Shown here: in pieces, positions 9,332 to 19,116 of the stretch | How positions within the stretch are numbered: the stretch's first letter is position 1 | Layout: the number at the start of each line of letters is the position of its first letter | Virus record (IMG/VR): IMGVR_UViG_3300032288_004702 | Coordinates: 92,277-156,276 of that record | Direction: 5' to 3' (one strand) | Length of the DNA stretch: 64,000 bases | From: a virus | Translations under genes and position numbers: made by a program | Notes under the pieces: generated by a model | The model's input: the letters and a program-made list of their open reading frames with translations, nothing else | What the model was told of the DNA's origin: nothing | Databases searched by the model: none

Positions 9332-10057
9332 CTACTTCACTCCGTCCACTGCGAGAGCGTCAAGAATCTGCTTGGCACGGTTGCCGAATGTCAGTTGGCA
9401 GGCTCGCTCCATTCCGACCGACTTGCGCAACTTGTCCAGTGCCATGAAAGCACGGAGAGAGATACGAGCCTCGCCACCGTCAGCCATGCGAACGGCATAG
9501 CCACGCAGGTCGGGAGACAAGCGGAGAAGTGCGTTCGGGTGCGGTTCGTTGATTCGGATACGAATGGGGAAACGGTCTGCGAGAGCCGTGGGCAGTTCGC
9601 TCATGTTCTCAATGTTCGTGGTCATCACGGCAGAGAATCCGTCAAGAGGGCGAACAGTCTCGCCAGTCTCGGGGTGCTGGAAGGAAGCCGATTCGGGAGA
9701 ATCCAGCATGGCGAGGAGTGTTGCGAACACATCGCCACCTGCCTTATCTACTTCGTCCACGATGAGGCGACCGCCCTTCGTGCCGTTGCCCTTCCATGCT
9801 TTGAGAGCCGAGCCGTCAAGCCACTGGAAGCCACCGTTCGCTGACGGCATGAAACCGCCCGTGACATCCATGTTGGTCATGTCCTCTGTGCAGACGAGGC
9901 GGTATGCGCCAGCCTCGGTGTCTCCGAACGACAGACCTGCGTAGGTCTTGCCAGTTCCAGCAGGACCGAACAGAATGATTCGGTCAATGCCTGCGTCAAG
10001 TGCGTCCTTGACATCTTGCCAGCACTGCGGAAGTGCTGTCTCTTGGGTGGTGTCCAT
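9332..10057 (-). CDS. MoxR/CbbQ-type AAA+ ATPase
   Basis: Walker A GPAGTGKT, Walker B LIVDEVD, TTN sensor, ALADRF arginine finger. Confidence 0.85.
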   Translation of the reverse strand: MDTTQETALPQCWQDVKDALDAGIDRIILFGPAGTGKTYAGLSFGDTEAGAYRLVCTEDMTNMDVTGGFMPSANGGFQWLDGSALKAWKGNGTKGGRLIVDEVDKAGGDVFATLLAMLDSPESASFQHPETGETVRPLDGFSAVMTTNIENMSELPTALADRFPIRIRINEPHPNALLRLSPDLRGYAVRMADGGEARISLRAFMALDKLRKSVGMERACQLTFGNRAKQILDALAVDGVK

Positions 10058-10377
10058 GTTTGCTCCTTTGTAAGCGGTTGGTAGGGACACCCACACAATA
10101 CCACCTATGGGACAGACTTCCCAAATCGCTTGACACCTTGTGGGGCAAGGGTTTCCGACTTATCTACTCTGTCTGTCTGCCGTGGTGCGCCCGACTTATC
10201 TACTCCTGCTGTGGGGTGGTGCGGTGGGTCTGCGCCGTGCGCCCGACTTATCTACTATCCCCCCGTGCGCCCCTCGCCCACCTCGCCCTCGGGCGTGGAG
10301 CCCCGCTGTCTTTGGGGGTCTATTCGGGCCGGGGCTTCGAGCTACTTATCTACTCTGAAAGATGAAAGGAGACTTAT

Positions 10378-10866
10378 CTACTCTTCTTCGTCTTTGGGGT
10401 CTGAGATTCGCCACAGACCTTTCTTGACCTTGATGTAAAGCGGTGATTCGCTGATGTATTTCAGCGTTGTTTGGTATGAGAAACCAGAAACCTCAACAAG
10501 TTGTTCAGTGGTGTATTCCTCGCCCTTATGTTCGTCTGCCCATGAATCAAACTGGCCGTACTTGTCCTTGCGTCGTTCGGTCTTGATAACTCCAGTATTT
10601 ACTGCGTTCAGGTGCGAGAGGTATGACTTGATAAAGGTTGTTAGTACTTCTTCGCTAACGGAGTAGTAGCGGAGCATTGCTGTCGGGTTCCCATTACACC
10701 CTTCTCTTTGCCACTTCTCCATGACATACAGCGCACGGATAGTTTCCGCTATGCGCCATCTCTCTGCTTGGTTCGCATACCTGTCTTGTGGCTTCTTGTA
10801 CTTCTTGTCAAACTCTCCGTACAGCCGTGCGTTCTCTGCGTGTACGAACTCAATAGTAAAGTTCAT
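10378..10866 (-). CDS. Hypothetical protein, possible C-terminal winged HTH
   Basis: AGGAG RBS; YTTEQLVEVSGFSYQTTLKY..KVKKGLWRI. Confidence 0.6.
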   Translation of the reverse strand: MNFTIEFVHAENARLYGEFDKKYKKPQDRYANQAERWRIAETIRALYVMEKWQREGCNGNPTAMLRYYSVSEEVLTTFIKSYLSHLNAVNTGVIKTERRKDKYGQFDSWADEHKGEEYTTEQLVEVSGFSYQTTLKYISESPLYIKVKKGLWRISDPKDEEE

Positions 10867-11168
10867 AACATTTCTCCTATTCCGACTTATCTACTACTCC
10901 CCCGCGTGACACTATCACCACTCGGACAGGCTTCCCAAAGTTGCAAACAAAAACTGAGAATCTGCAAAAAAGAGAAAAATCCTGCTGCCAGTAAGCCCTA
11001 GGGCTTGCCTTCCGCCACCGTCATTCGGATTTATTTGATAAATCTCCGCCGCCAGCTCGAGCGTCCTTCTGCGAAAAAATCAAAAAATCGTCAGAGATTT
11101 AGACAACCAAGAAACCAATACCGCGTTTCAGCGGGGCTCCACCCCAGGGAAACGGACCGATGAAGAAA

Positions 11169-11206
11169 GGGGAGTGCTACCGCCCAACCGAACGGCAACA
11201 CTCCCC
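11169..11206 (-). terminator. Intrinsic terminator
   Basis: GGGGAGTGTTGCCG-loop-CGGTAGCACTCCCC followed by TTTCTT on - strand. Confidence 0.6.
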
Positions 11207-11234
11207 GAGTAGATAAGTGAAAGGGGGGACTTAT

Positions 11235-11444
11235 CTACTCTGACCCGATGACCTCAAAGCGGTCGCCCGCTTCCTCTACAAGCCCGAGCCCGCTTCCGCT
11301 ATCCCACTGGACGAACACTGTTCCCCAGTCGTCTACGAAATCCACGGTTCCTTCCTCTCCTGCTTTCAGGAGCGTGTAGGGGTCGGAGCAGTAAATGAGT
11401 CTGACTCTCTGCCCGACTAGGTGTTCGTTTCTTGCCCGTCTCAT
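11235..11444 (-). CDS. DUF4314-like protein
   Basis: GQRVRLI..SDPY..L..GEEGTV.FVDDWGT..V.WDSGSGLGL....DRF. Confidence 0.75.
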   Translation of the reverse strand: MRRARNEHLVGQRVRLIYCSDPYTLLKAGEEGTVDFVDDWGTVFVQWDSGSGLGLVEEAGDRFEVIGSE

Positions 11445-11597
11445 GCTGGAATCTCACTTTCTGTGTTGGTGGTGATGAGAAGTATGCGAATGTCCAAGAG
11501 CAGGTCAGTCATCTCTGCCGATGACACGATGTCCCTGCCCGAACAGTGGGCTATGGCTTTGTCCACTAAGGCGACCAGTTCCTCGTCCATGACTTAT

Positions 11598-12290
11598 CTA
11601 CTCCCCTTTCTTTCGCTTGGGAGCCTTGTCAAGCATTTCCTTGTAGGCAACCGTCTTGGTGGCGAGTTGCATGTAGCCGACCGTTGCCAGCAGTGCGTCA
11701 GGCAACTTTCCGTGCGATTCAGCCTCGGGGTTCACATTCCCGACTGAACACATCGGTTCTTCGTCAAATACGGGAAGTCCGTGGTCGTCATAGCGGTACA
11801 TGCTGGTGATAGACCAAACGCATGTTGCGTTCCAGTCCACGGCGGTCAAGATGATTCCTTCACGGACTGTTGAGAACGGATTCTCCTTGTAGTCCTTCTC
11901 AAAGTCACCCCTGTCGTGGTTCTGTGCTTCCTCGTCAGTCATGTCCTGCTTTGCGTAGCCCTCAACGAGAACCATGATGAAGTCAAACGGACGAATCGGG
12001 AGAGCCTTCACGACATCCTCAAATGCGTCATAGATGTCCTCTTTGTGAATGAGGGGAATCATGGCAAGGTGGTACGGCTTTGAGAGTGAGAACTCCTGCT
12101 GGTAGTCCAAGCATGCGTCATGGTCGGGATTCGTTTCGTTGCTCTCAACGGCAACGAGAAGCAGAGGGGGACTGTCCTGCATGGGCTCGTCCTTGCACAT
12201 TTCCGTCTTGGCAAAGACGGCTCGGTTGAGCAAATCTTCCATGATTTGCTTCATGTCGTGGTCTATGACCTCGTTATCTCGTGGTTTCAT
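11598..12290 (-). CDS. Hypothetical acidic protein
   Basis: Family promoter and GAAAGGGG RBS. Confidence 0.7.
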   Translation of the reverse strand: MKPRDNEVIDHDMKQIMEDLLNRAVFAKTEMCKDEPMQDSPPLLLVAVESNETNPDHDACLDYQQEFSLSKPYHLAMIPLIHKEDIYDAFEDVVKALPIRPFDFIMVLVEGYAKQDMTDEEAQNHDRGDFEKDYKENPFSTVREGIILTAVDWNATCVWSITSMYRYDDHGLPVFDEEPMCSVGNVNPEAESHGKLPDALLATVGYMQLATKTVAYKEMLDKAPKRKKGE

Positions 12291-12410
12291 TGGTTGCCCC
12301 TTTCAGGCGGTGTGGTTGGTACTGGAAGCATACCATGTCAGGTACAGACTTCCCAAAGTTATCTACTGACAGTAGGGGTCGGTACAAGCCCCTACACGCC
12401 AGCATGATTC

Positions 12411-12632
12411 CTACTTCTCTCCGAGCAGGTTGTTTACCGAAACTCCGAGAGCAGTGCTTACGGCGAGCAGTGTTGTCACGCTCGGTGCGAATCTTCCGTT
12501 CTCAATACGATTCACCGTCTTTCGGTCAAGCCCTGCACGGTTGGCAAGTTCCAACTGTGACCAGCCCTTCTCTGACCTGTGAACTCGTACTGATTCTGAG
12601 ATTTGCTCTGTTGATGTTGCTGATGTTCCCAT
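12411..12632 (-). CDS. XRE-family HTH regulator
   Basis: RSEKGWSQLELANRAGLDRKTVNRIENG..PSVTTL..VSTALGV. Confidence 0.9.
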   Translation of the reverse strand: MGTSATSTEQISESVRVHRSEKGWSQLELANRAGLDRKTVNRIENGRFAPSVTTLLAVSTALGVSVNNLLGEK

Positions 12633-12680
12633 TTGGGATTCCTTTCATTTGGGGGGTTTATGGAGTTATCTACTCCGTTT

Positions 12681-13421
12681 CTAGATGGACGAAATGAATG
12701 TGCGTGGCGTTCTCCCTTCTTTCTTGCAACGGCGAACATAGGCGAGGTGCTTCTTGTATTCCTTCATGCATGTCAGCATGTCGTCATCGCACTGCTCCAT
12801 GAGATAGTTATTCCACTCGGAATGGGCTTCCCACCAAGTCTCCAATGCGTCATCGTCTGCGTCCTCTGCTTCTGCCTTGTCAGACAGTTCTCGCAACTCG
12901 GGGGTGAGGAAGTTTGGGTCACGCTCACCAGCCTCAATGACAGTTCCGTTATGAAACACAGACCAGCAAATGAAGGCTCGGGATTCTTCATCCGAGGAAA
13001 CACCAAAGATGAGGTTCGGATAAATCGCAGAAATCTTCTGAATCAGTCCGTCGCAGGGTGACCATGCTGATTCGTACCGTATGGTAATCATGTTTCCAGC
13101 AGGTGTCGGGTCGTCTATTTCGGGTCGGCATGCTCCCCACTTGCTTCCCCAAGTTTCGCAAGCGTCAAGGTAGCCGTCAAAGCCGTCCTTCTCTTTCGTG
13201 GCAAACACGCCCATAGTGGTCGTGACTTCTTTGCCCTCTGCGTCCTTGTGAGTAGTGGTGATTTCCTTGTGACCCCTCGGGTCAAGTGGAACGAGTTGAT
13301 TCAGTTCGTACTCGGGGTAGGAGCGTTCGTTGCTTTCTGCAACCGTTATGTCCTTGACGAACTTGGCGATTTCTCGCTTTGTCCCCATGACTGTCATGTA
13401 GTTGTAGCACCAGTTCGGCAT
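12681..13421 (-). CDS. DUF1281/YubB ferredoxin-like family protein
   Basis: MPNWCYN.., WGSKWGAC, YESAWSP; RBS CGAAAGGG. Confidence 0.75.
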   Translation of the reverse strand: MPNWCYNYMTVMGTKREIAKFVKDITVAESNERSYPEYELNQLVPLDPRGHKEITTTHKDAEGKEVTTTMGVFATKEKDGFDGYLDACETWGSKWGACRPEIDDPTPAGNMITIRYESAWSPCDGLIQKISAIYPNLIFGVSSDEESRAFICWSVFHNGTVIEAGERDPNFLTPELRELSDKAEAEDADDDALETWWEAHSEWNNYLMEQCDDDMLTCMKEYKKHLAYVRRCKKEGRTPRTFISSI

Positions 13422-13693
13422 TTGTCTTTCCCTTTCGGCTTGGTGGCTATTCGTACTGTACCACCAGTCGGACAGACTTACATAACTTCGCTCTTCCACC
13501 ACCGTCATTGAGTTATCTACTCTCGTTCGGGTCTGCGGGATTTATCTACCAGCCCCCCGACCTGCGCCTTCCCCCCAACTTATCTACTACCCCCCCGCTC
13601 CGCGCCCCCACCGCCCCTCGGGACGGAGCCCCGGCTCGGTTGCGCAATGCGGGGCTCCAAGCTGGAACCCAACGAACGAGTGAAAGAAGTTAT

Positions 13694-13999
13694 CTACTCT
13701 GCGATGGATGCGTAGATAAGTGACACGCTGGCGAATGAATGTCCAGCACCACGGCCGTACTTGATGAATCGGAGAATCCCACGGATTCCATCGGGCAGGT
13801 GCGTGAAGGCTTCGTCCGACCAGCCGTAGTCATCAAATGGAGAGTTATCTACTGGTTCAGGGGCAAACGAAACGATACGAATCTGAGGCTCGTACTCCCA
13901 CGCCCAGCGAACATTGCACTCAGCACCGACCAGGAGAAGTTCTTTGTGGAAGAACCGATGACGGAAGTACGAGATGATGAGCGAAATGTAGAGAGCCAT
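13694..13999 (-). CDS. Hypothetical protein
   Basis: Packed operon member. Confidence 0.5.
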   Translation of the reverse strand: MALYISLIISYFRHRFFHKELLLVGAECNVRWAWEYEPQIRIVSFAPEPVDNSPFDDYGWSDEAFTHLPDGIRGILRFIKYGRGAGHSFASVSLIYASIAE

Positions 14000-14006
14000 G
14001 AGTTAT

Positions 14007-14279
14007 CTACTTCTCATTCCATTCGGCATAGACACGAATCGCCGACTTTCGCCTGTCATCGGCAGGCATGTTCTTCACGAACTGTGTAAGCGAGGAAAGA
14101 ATGTCCAGAATGTCGTCCTCTGTCATGTCGTGATTCTCCGACATGGATTCGGCAAGCGTCCCATTGGCGTATTCGTCCCAAATAATCGCCATTGCCTCTA
14201 CTGCGTTCGTGGACAGCGTGAAGTAGTTGTCCCACAGCATGTCCATTACTTCTATGCGGTCTTGTTCTGTAATCACCAC
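14007..14279 (-). CDS. Hypothetical protein
   Basis: Packed operon member; stop lies in the motif. Confidence 0.55.
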   Translation of the reverse strand: MVITEQDRIEVMDMLWDNYFTLSTNAVEAMAIIWDEYANGTLAESMSENHDMTEDDILDILSSLTQFVKNMPADDRRKSAIRVYAEWNEK

Positions 14280-14521
14280 AGAACCTCTTGGTGCTTCTCG
14301 GTCGTGACTTCCTGAATCTCGGATTCGTCAATGCCGTGCTTTATCGCAATGTGCGCTTCGCTCATGTCCTCGGCGTCCTGAATCTCATCGCCTTCTGCGT
14401 AGGCGTAGGCGGTGAATGTCTCCACCTTCTCGTTGCGCTTCACGATGACCGTTGTGCGGTACAGCACTGGGTCTTTCATGAATGACCGAACCCTGTCGTT
14501 GATGGCTTCCATTCTCACCAC
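14273..14521 (-). CDS. Hypothetical protein
   Basis: AAGGAG RBS; overlaps the next gene. Confidence 0.55.
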   Translation of the reverse strand: MVRMEAINDRVRSFMKDPVLYRTTVIVKRNEKVETFTAYAYAEGDEIQDAEDMSEAHIAIKHGIDESEIQEVTTEKHQEVLW

Positions 14522-14669
14522 TGCTCCTTCTTCCAGTTGCGCTTCTCCCGTGTACGGAGAATCCTATGCCACTTCTTGCAGGAATGCTTGCTTCCACGCC
14601 CTTTGACGAAATCGCCACAGCAACCCCACGGGCAGGACTTGGCGTTCCTCTGTGAGTACATCATGTTGC

Positions 14670-14858
14670 TCACTTATCTACTCCTTCGCACTGACAGAAA
14701 TCCGAAACATCGCACTGACACCAGTCAGCAGGCATTTCGCAATAGAAGCAATACTTCTCATTGTAGGCGTTCTTGTTTGCCGGAATCATGCCACAAGTAG
14801 GACACATGGGACGGAACATATCGTCCAGCATTTCGGAGATGCGCTTCATTTCACCCAT
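14670..14858 (-). CDS. Small Cys-rich (zinc-binding) protein
   Basis: CPTC, CFYC, CQC, CQC. Confidence 0.5.
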   Translation of the reverse strand: MGEMKRISEMLDDMFRPMCPTCGMIPANKNAYNEKYCFYCEMPADWCQCDVSDFCQCEGVDK

Positions 14859-15130
14859 CAGAAATCGTCGTCCTCTTCCTCGTCCTCGTCCCAGTCGTCC
14901 TCGTAGTCATCGTCCAACTGCTGGTCCACGGAGAACCAGCGCATGACCGTCAGCAGAAGGTTGTCGTAGTTGCCCGAGGTTGCTTCGGCGTGGAAGGCTT
15001 CCACTTCGTCACGCAGACCATTCTGCTTCATGATTCGCTGGACACGCCCGAGAATGGAGAAGGCGTTGCCGTCCTCTCCAACGAGGGGAATGTTGATGTG
15101 CGGATACTTGGGTGAGGTGATGTTGCTCAT
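14858..15130 (-). CDS. Conserved phage hypothetical protein, probably leaderless
   Basis: LVGEDGNAFSILGRV..EATSGNYDNLL motif; ATG lies just after the family -10. Confidence 0.65.
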   Translation of the reverse strand: MSNITSPKYPHINIPLVGEDGNAFSILGRVQRIMKQNGLRDEVEAFHAEATSGNYDNLLLTVMRWFSVDQQLDDDYEDDWDEDEEEDDDF

Positions 15131-15448
15131 GCCCTCATCATACCAGCCGTGGTACAGGCTTCCCAAATCAGCCCTTTCAACCACCGTCAATGTGTTGCGA
15201 GTTATCTACTACCCCCCCCAGCGCGTTCCGATTTCCAAAGATTTCCACAACTCGGATTTATCTACTACACCCCCGACTGCGCCTCGCCCCTGTCCGCAGG
15301 GAGCCCCGGCCGTTGCAGGGTCCAGAATCAGGCGGGGCTCCACCCCCAAACGCCCCCACCTGACTGCCTCGGGGTGGGGACTTATCTACTCTGCTAGTTC
15401 TCCCCCCTCGCCCAACCGAAGCGAGAGGAGAGAGACCTAGTAGATAAG

Positions 15449-15760
15449 TCAGAGCGAGTGCCGACCGCCTCGGGTCTCGTATCGGGAGACCGCCTCGGTG
15501 ATGTTCTCGCAGTAGTCGCCACTTCCGAACGACCAGCCATCGGGTCGGTCTATCGCCGTCCATACGGCGAACGGGTGACGGGGGTTGTGGGGCAGGTGGC
15601 ACAGCACAGTCCACATGGCGTATGCGTCCACATCGCTCGGGCGCAGAAGCCAGCAAGCGAGAACGGTCACGGCATTGTCCATGCTGGCAGGGGTGACTAC
15701 CTCTCCCACGCTCAGGGTGCGCATGGGATAGGTGTCGGTGGGGGACTTATCTACTCCCAT
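15449..15760 (-). CDS. Hypothetical protein
   Basis: Follows the DUF3846 gene. Confidence 0.5.
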   Translation of the reverse strand: MGVDKSPTDTYPMRTLSVGEVVTPASMDNAVTVLACWLLRPSDVDAYAMWTVLCHLPHNPRHPFAVWTAIDRPDGWSFGSGDYCENITEAVSRYETRGGRHSL

Positions 15761-15762
15761 GT

Positions 15763-16215
15763 TCACGCCCCCTCTCCGTTGAGCCATGCGTCAAACTCTT
15801 CATCGGTGAAAGCGGTGATGGTCGGCGGCGTGGAAAGGACTTCCTGAACAGCGAGAGCGAGAGCCTTCATCACATTCTCGTCAGCGAGCAGGGTCTTGGA
15901 GAGTGTCTCCAAGTAGGACGGGTCGTACTGCTCGGGAACATCGTGGTTCTCTCCGTCATAGTCACCTTCCTCGTTGAGTGCGCCAAGAACGACCACATCG
16001 CCCACGAGAGGGCGACCGAACATGAGGCTTGCGAGAGCGTTCGGTGCGAGTCCGATGAGGAGTCCTTCGTCATTCACATACGCAACAAGGTCATCAGTGC
16101 GAACGCAGTCAAGCCAGCCACCACAGAGTTCGTTCAGAACGAGGTGACCGCCTTCCTCGGGAACGGTGGTGACTTCCACCTCTCCCGTGGTCTTGATGAG
16201 TAGTGCTGTTGCCAT
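15763..16215 (-). CDS. DUF3846-like protein
   Basis: LNELCGGWLDCV..YVNDEGLLIGL.PN.LAS..LVGDVVVLG. Confidence 0.75.
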   Translation of the reverse strand: MATALLIKTTGEVEVTTVPEEGGHLVLNELCGGWLDCVRTDDLVAYVNDEGLLIGLAPNALASLMFGRPLVGDVVVLGALNEEGDYDGENHDVPEQYDPSYLETLSKTLLADENVMKALALAVQEVLSTPPTITAFTDEEFDAWLNGEGA

Positions 16216-16539
16216 TGCTAACCCCTTTCAGGTTGTGTGTATCGGTGGCGACCACAGAGTACCACCATTAGGACAGGCTTCCCAAACTTATCTACCACTC
16301 CCCCGCGTTGCCCTCGCCTTGCGTGTGGGGTGGAGCCCCGGGGTGGCTGGGCTTCGGGCGGGGCTCCTGCCCCAGCCCTTGCCCCTCGCTCGGACTTATC
16401 TACTCTCCCCGAACACGCCTGTTCCCCCGTGCGCCTTGCGGACACTCGGGGGACAGACGGAGTAGATAAGTGTTGGGGTGGGGGACTTATCTACTCCACT
16501 CGGCTCGGGGGCTTGCGCCCCCTTGCCTTGCGTGTGGGG

Positions 16540-16941
16540 TCAGACCGCCTCGGACTTGGCGGTGGGCTTGACTGCGCCCTTCGCTGGGCGAACCAGCACT
16601 CGGACTGACGAGGTGACGGACACGACTGCCTTCACGACCTTTGCGGACACCTTGCCTTCCTTCACAGCCCTATCCCATGCGGAAGTGTCCACGGTGGGCT
16701 TGGTGACGGTGCGGAACAGCGGTGCGCTGATGAGTCCACGCAACTTCTCGGTGTCAAACGAACGGCGGTCGCTCGGGCTGACCTTGATGTTGAGTTCGGC
16801 ATAGTCCAGCGTGTCCACGCCGTGCTTGGCGTACACAGCCAGCAAGAGTTCACGAGCCTCGTCGTGAGCCTGCTCTGCCTGCTCTCGGGCGGTGAGTGCG
16901 TTCAGGAACGCCTCTGTCGCTTCCAATACTTCCTTCTCCAT
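16540..16941 (-). CDS. Hypothetical phage protein
   Basis: Family promoter; leader CCACCAACC..CGAAAGGGG. Confidence 0.65.
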   Translation of the reverse strand: MEKEVLEATEAFLNALTAREQAEQAHDEARELLLAVYAKHGVDTLDYAELNIKVSPSDRRSFDTEKLRGLISAPLFRTVTKPTVDTSAWDRAVKEGKVSAKVVKAVVSVTSSVRVLVRPAKGAVKPTAKSEAV

Positions 16942-17096
16942 TTGGAACCCCTTTCGGTTTGGTTGGTGGAGAACCACACGCCGTGTTGCTTGTGGCTTGG
17001 CACAAGCATACACCCCCTCGGACAGACTTCCCAACTTCGCTTGACACTTATCTACTCCCCCTAGTTCCCCTGCCAGCCAGCCCCACAGGAGTACGG

Positions 17097-17224
17097 TTAT
17101 CTACTACGCCCCCGTGTTGCGCCCACAGCCCCCCTCGGGGGCGGAGCCCCGCTGGTTTGTCGGTCAAGGCCGGGGCTTCTGCCCAGAACTGCCGTCTAGC
17201 CCGAACGGGGGAGTATTAGATAAA
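17097..17224. repeat. Complete inverted-repeat element (TTATCTAC..CCCCCG..GGAGCCCCG..CGGGGCTT..CGGGGG..TAGATAA)
   Basis: Three nested pairs of inverted boxes. Confidence 0.8.
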
Positions 17225-17409
17225 TGGAGATTTATGTTTGGGATTACGAGGGTCGGCTGGCTCGGGTTCGGGAACTGACCTGCGAGGCGAACAGGCTGAC
17301 TGCCCTTGTGCGCCGTGCCAACGAGAACACCCGTGCGAGCCTCACTCGTGGCAGTTTCAGAGTTATCTACTCCGACAGTCCTGCCCTTCCCCCGATAGAG
17401 AGTAGATAA
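17224..17409 (+). CDS. Small hypothetical protein in inverted orientation
   Basis: ATG abuts the end of the inverted-repeat element. Confidence 0.3.
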   Translation: MEIYVWDYEGRLARVRELTCEANRLTALVRRANENTRASLTRGSFRVIYSDSPALPPIESR

Positions 17410-17499
17410 GTCGTGGAATGGGGAAAGGGGCTGGCTCACCTTCTTGGCAAGCCAGCCCCTCTCGGGTGAAGTCCTCGGGGGGGGGTGTGAGGAAAGGGG

Positions 17500-17946
17500 T
17501 TAGAGGTACTTCACCACGCTGTGGTAGGTGCTGGTGGACACCACTTCTTGGTCGGACATTTCCAGCACTCGGATAGCGTTCTCCAACGCTTCCTTGTCCT
17601 GACGGTACTCCCACTCCTTGTAGAGGTCAGGTCGCTGTGGCTCTGCCACGAGGATTGCCTTCGGAACTTCCAGCACGAGTTCCACATTGGTTGTCGTGTC
17701 GTTCCTGTCGGAATGGTGACGGTAGTAGTGGGTCTCGGTTGCCTTCTTGGGCTTCGCCTTGCCGTTCTTGACGAGGGCGACAACAGCCTTCGTGAAGTCG
17801 GCTTCCCACTTGGCGTGAGCCTTCTCAAAGTCGGCTTGCGACTTGTCGTTGGTGGCAAAGCGTTCCTCACGCTCTGCGAGTGCCTTACGCAAGGCAGAGA
17901 TGAGAACGCTCACCTTCACCTTGACGCTGATGTTCTTGTTGGACAT
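17500..17946 (-). CDS. Hypothetical protein
   Basis: Family promoter, AGGAG RBS. Confidence 0.7.
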   Translation of the reverse strand: MSNKNISVKVKVSVLISALRKALAEREERFATNDKSQADFEKAHAKWEADFTKAVVALVKNGKAKPKKATETHYYRHHSDRNDTTTNVELVLEVPKAILVAEPQRPDLYKEWEYRQDKEALENAIRVLEMSDQEVVSTSTYHSVVKYL

Positions 17947-18022
17947 TTGGTTTCTCTCCTACCGACAGGGTTGGTGATGTCGGCACACGCACAGTACCAC
18001 TCGTTGGACAGACTTCCCAAAG

Positions 18023-18146
18023 TTATCTACTACTCCCCCGCGTTCGGTTTGCCCGTGTTTGGAGTGGAGCCCCGGCTGTTCGCCGATAGTCGCGGGGCTT
18101 CTGCCCCAAAGTCGGGCTGGCGTGGCGTGGGGGGTTGGTAGATAAG
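18023..18146. repeat. Complete inverted-repeat element
   Basis: Same nested architecture, abutting the promoter at 17992-18019. Confidence 0.8.
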
Positions 18147-18154
18147 TCGGGCAG

Positions 18155-18186
18155 TTTCCCACTTTCCCACTTTCCCACTTTCCCAC
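18155..18186 (+). repeat. Tandem repeat (TTTCCCAC)x4
   Basis: Directly visible. Confidence 0.9.
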
Positions 18187-18301
18187 ATTTGGACTTATCT
18201 ACTCTCCCCTGCGCTCGCCTCAATGGAGTAGATAAGTAGATAAATGACGAAGCCCCCAACAGTCGGGGGGTGACTGTCGGGGGCTTGCGCCGTGCTGGGG
18301 G

Positions 18302-18769
18302 TCAGCGTTCGCTTGCGCCTTGTGAAACGAACTTCTTGATGGCGTCTGCGAGTGAGCCTGTGGCTTCGCCAGGGTCGGTGATAGGTTCGTTCGGCTCGTC
18401 TTGGAAACGGAGAACGCTCGCCACGCTCTGACGGTTCGCCACGACAGCGAGACGGACACGCCTACGGAGTGCGTGTTGCGAAGGTGCGCCTTCCACTTCG
18501 CCGTTGGCATTGAGTGGGGCAGCCCAACCTGTCGTCACGACAAGCGTGTAGGCGAAGCCCGAAGCCACGACTGCGTTCTTGGTGTCAGCCAGCAGGTCGT
18601 ACACATCGGCGTGTGAGGTGATGAAGTCAATGACGACTTCGCCCTTGTCACCGAAGTGAACGCCGTAGAGCCGTGCGCCTTCCAGCGAGTAAGGGTCGTA
18701 CTTGGGTGTCTCCCCAAGCAGGTCGTGGAGTTTGCTCTCCACCTGTTCGGCAATCTGAACCGTGTCCAT
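18302..18769 (-). CDS. Hypothetical protein
   Basis: Leader CCTACCAACC..CGAAAGGGGAA; downstream hairpin at 18248-18286. Confidence 0.7.
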   Translation of the reverse strand: MDTVQIAEQVESKLHDLLGETPKYDPYSLEGARLYGVHFGDKGEVVIDFITSHADVYDLLADTKNAVVASGFAYTLVVTTGWAAPLNANGEVEGAPSQHALRRRVRLAVVANRQSVASVLRFQDEPNEPITDPGEATGSLADAIKKFVSQGASER

Positions 18770-19116
18770 GTTGTTCCCCTTTCGGAATGGTTGGTAGGAC
18801 ACCGTCAGCGTACCACGCTGGGGACAGGCTTCCCAAACTTATCTACTCGGTTCTTCCACCACCGTCATTCATTTGAGAGAGTGGGCAGAGACAGCCCTTG
18901 GGAAATCCCGACTTATCTACCACGCCCCCGTGTGGTGGCTCGCCCCAGCCCCAGCCCCCGTTCGGGGTCGGAGCCCCGGCGTCTCCAAGCGAAGCGGGGC
19001 TCCTGCCCCAACTTTGGGTCAGACGAACAGGTGTTCGGTCTGTGGGGTCGGGGACTTATCTACTCCCCCAATGGAAAGGGGGGCAGGGGGAGTAGATAAG
19101 ACCCGAACGCCTAGCC

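Larger units (their letters stand above)
2459..18867 (-). repeat. Dispersed 14-bp motif TGACGGTGGYGGAA, about 10 copies, all on one strand
   Basis: + strand TTCCRCCACCGTCA at 2459, 2768, 4239, 4932, 6743, 11010, 13494, 18854; variants near 6253 and 15176. Confidence 0.85.

Noticed and set aside
12681-15190. ORF starts MTVVE at 13508 and 15190, and MGSLS/MGRLS starts elsewhere (e.g. 17034, 21114, 25783, 26810, 33678)
   Set aside because: These N-termini are translations of the DNA motifs and promoters; the true starts lie downstream, after the RBS or -10.
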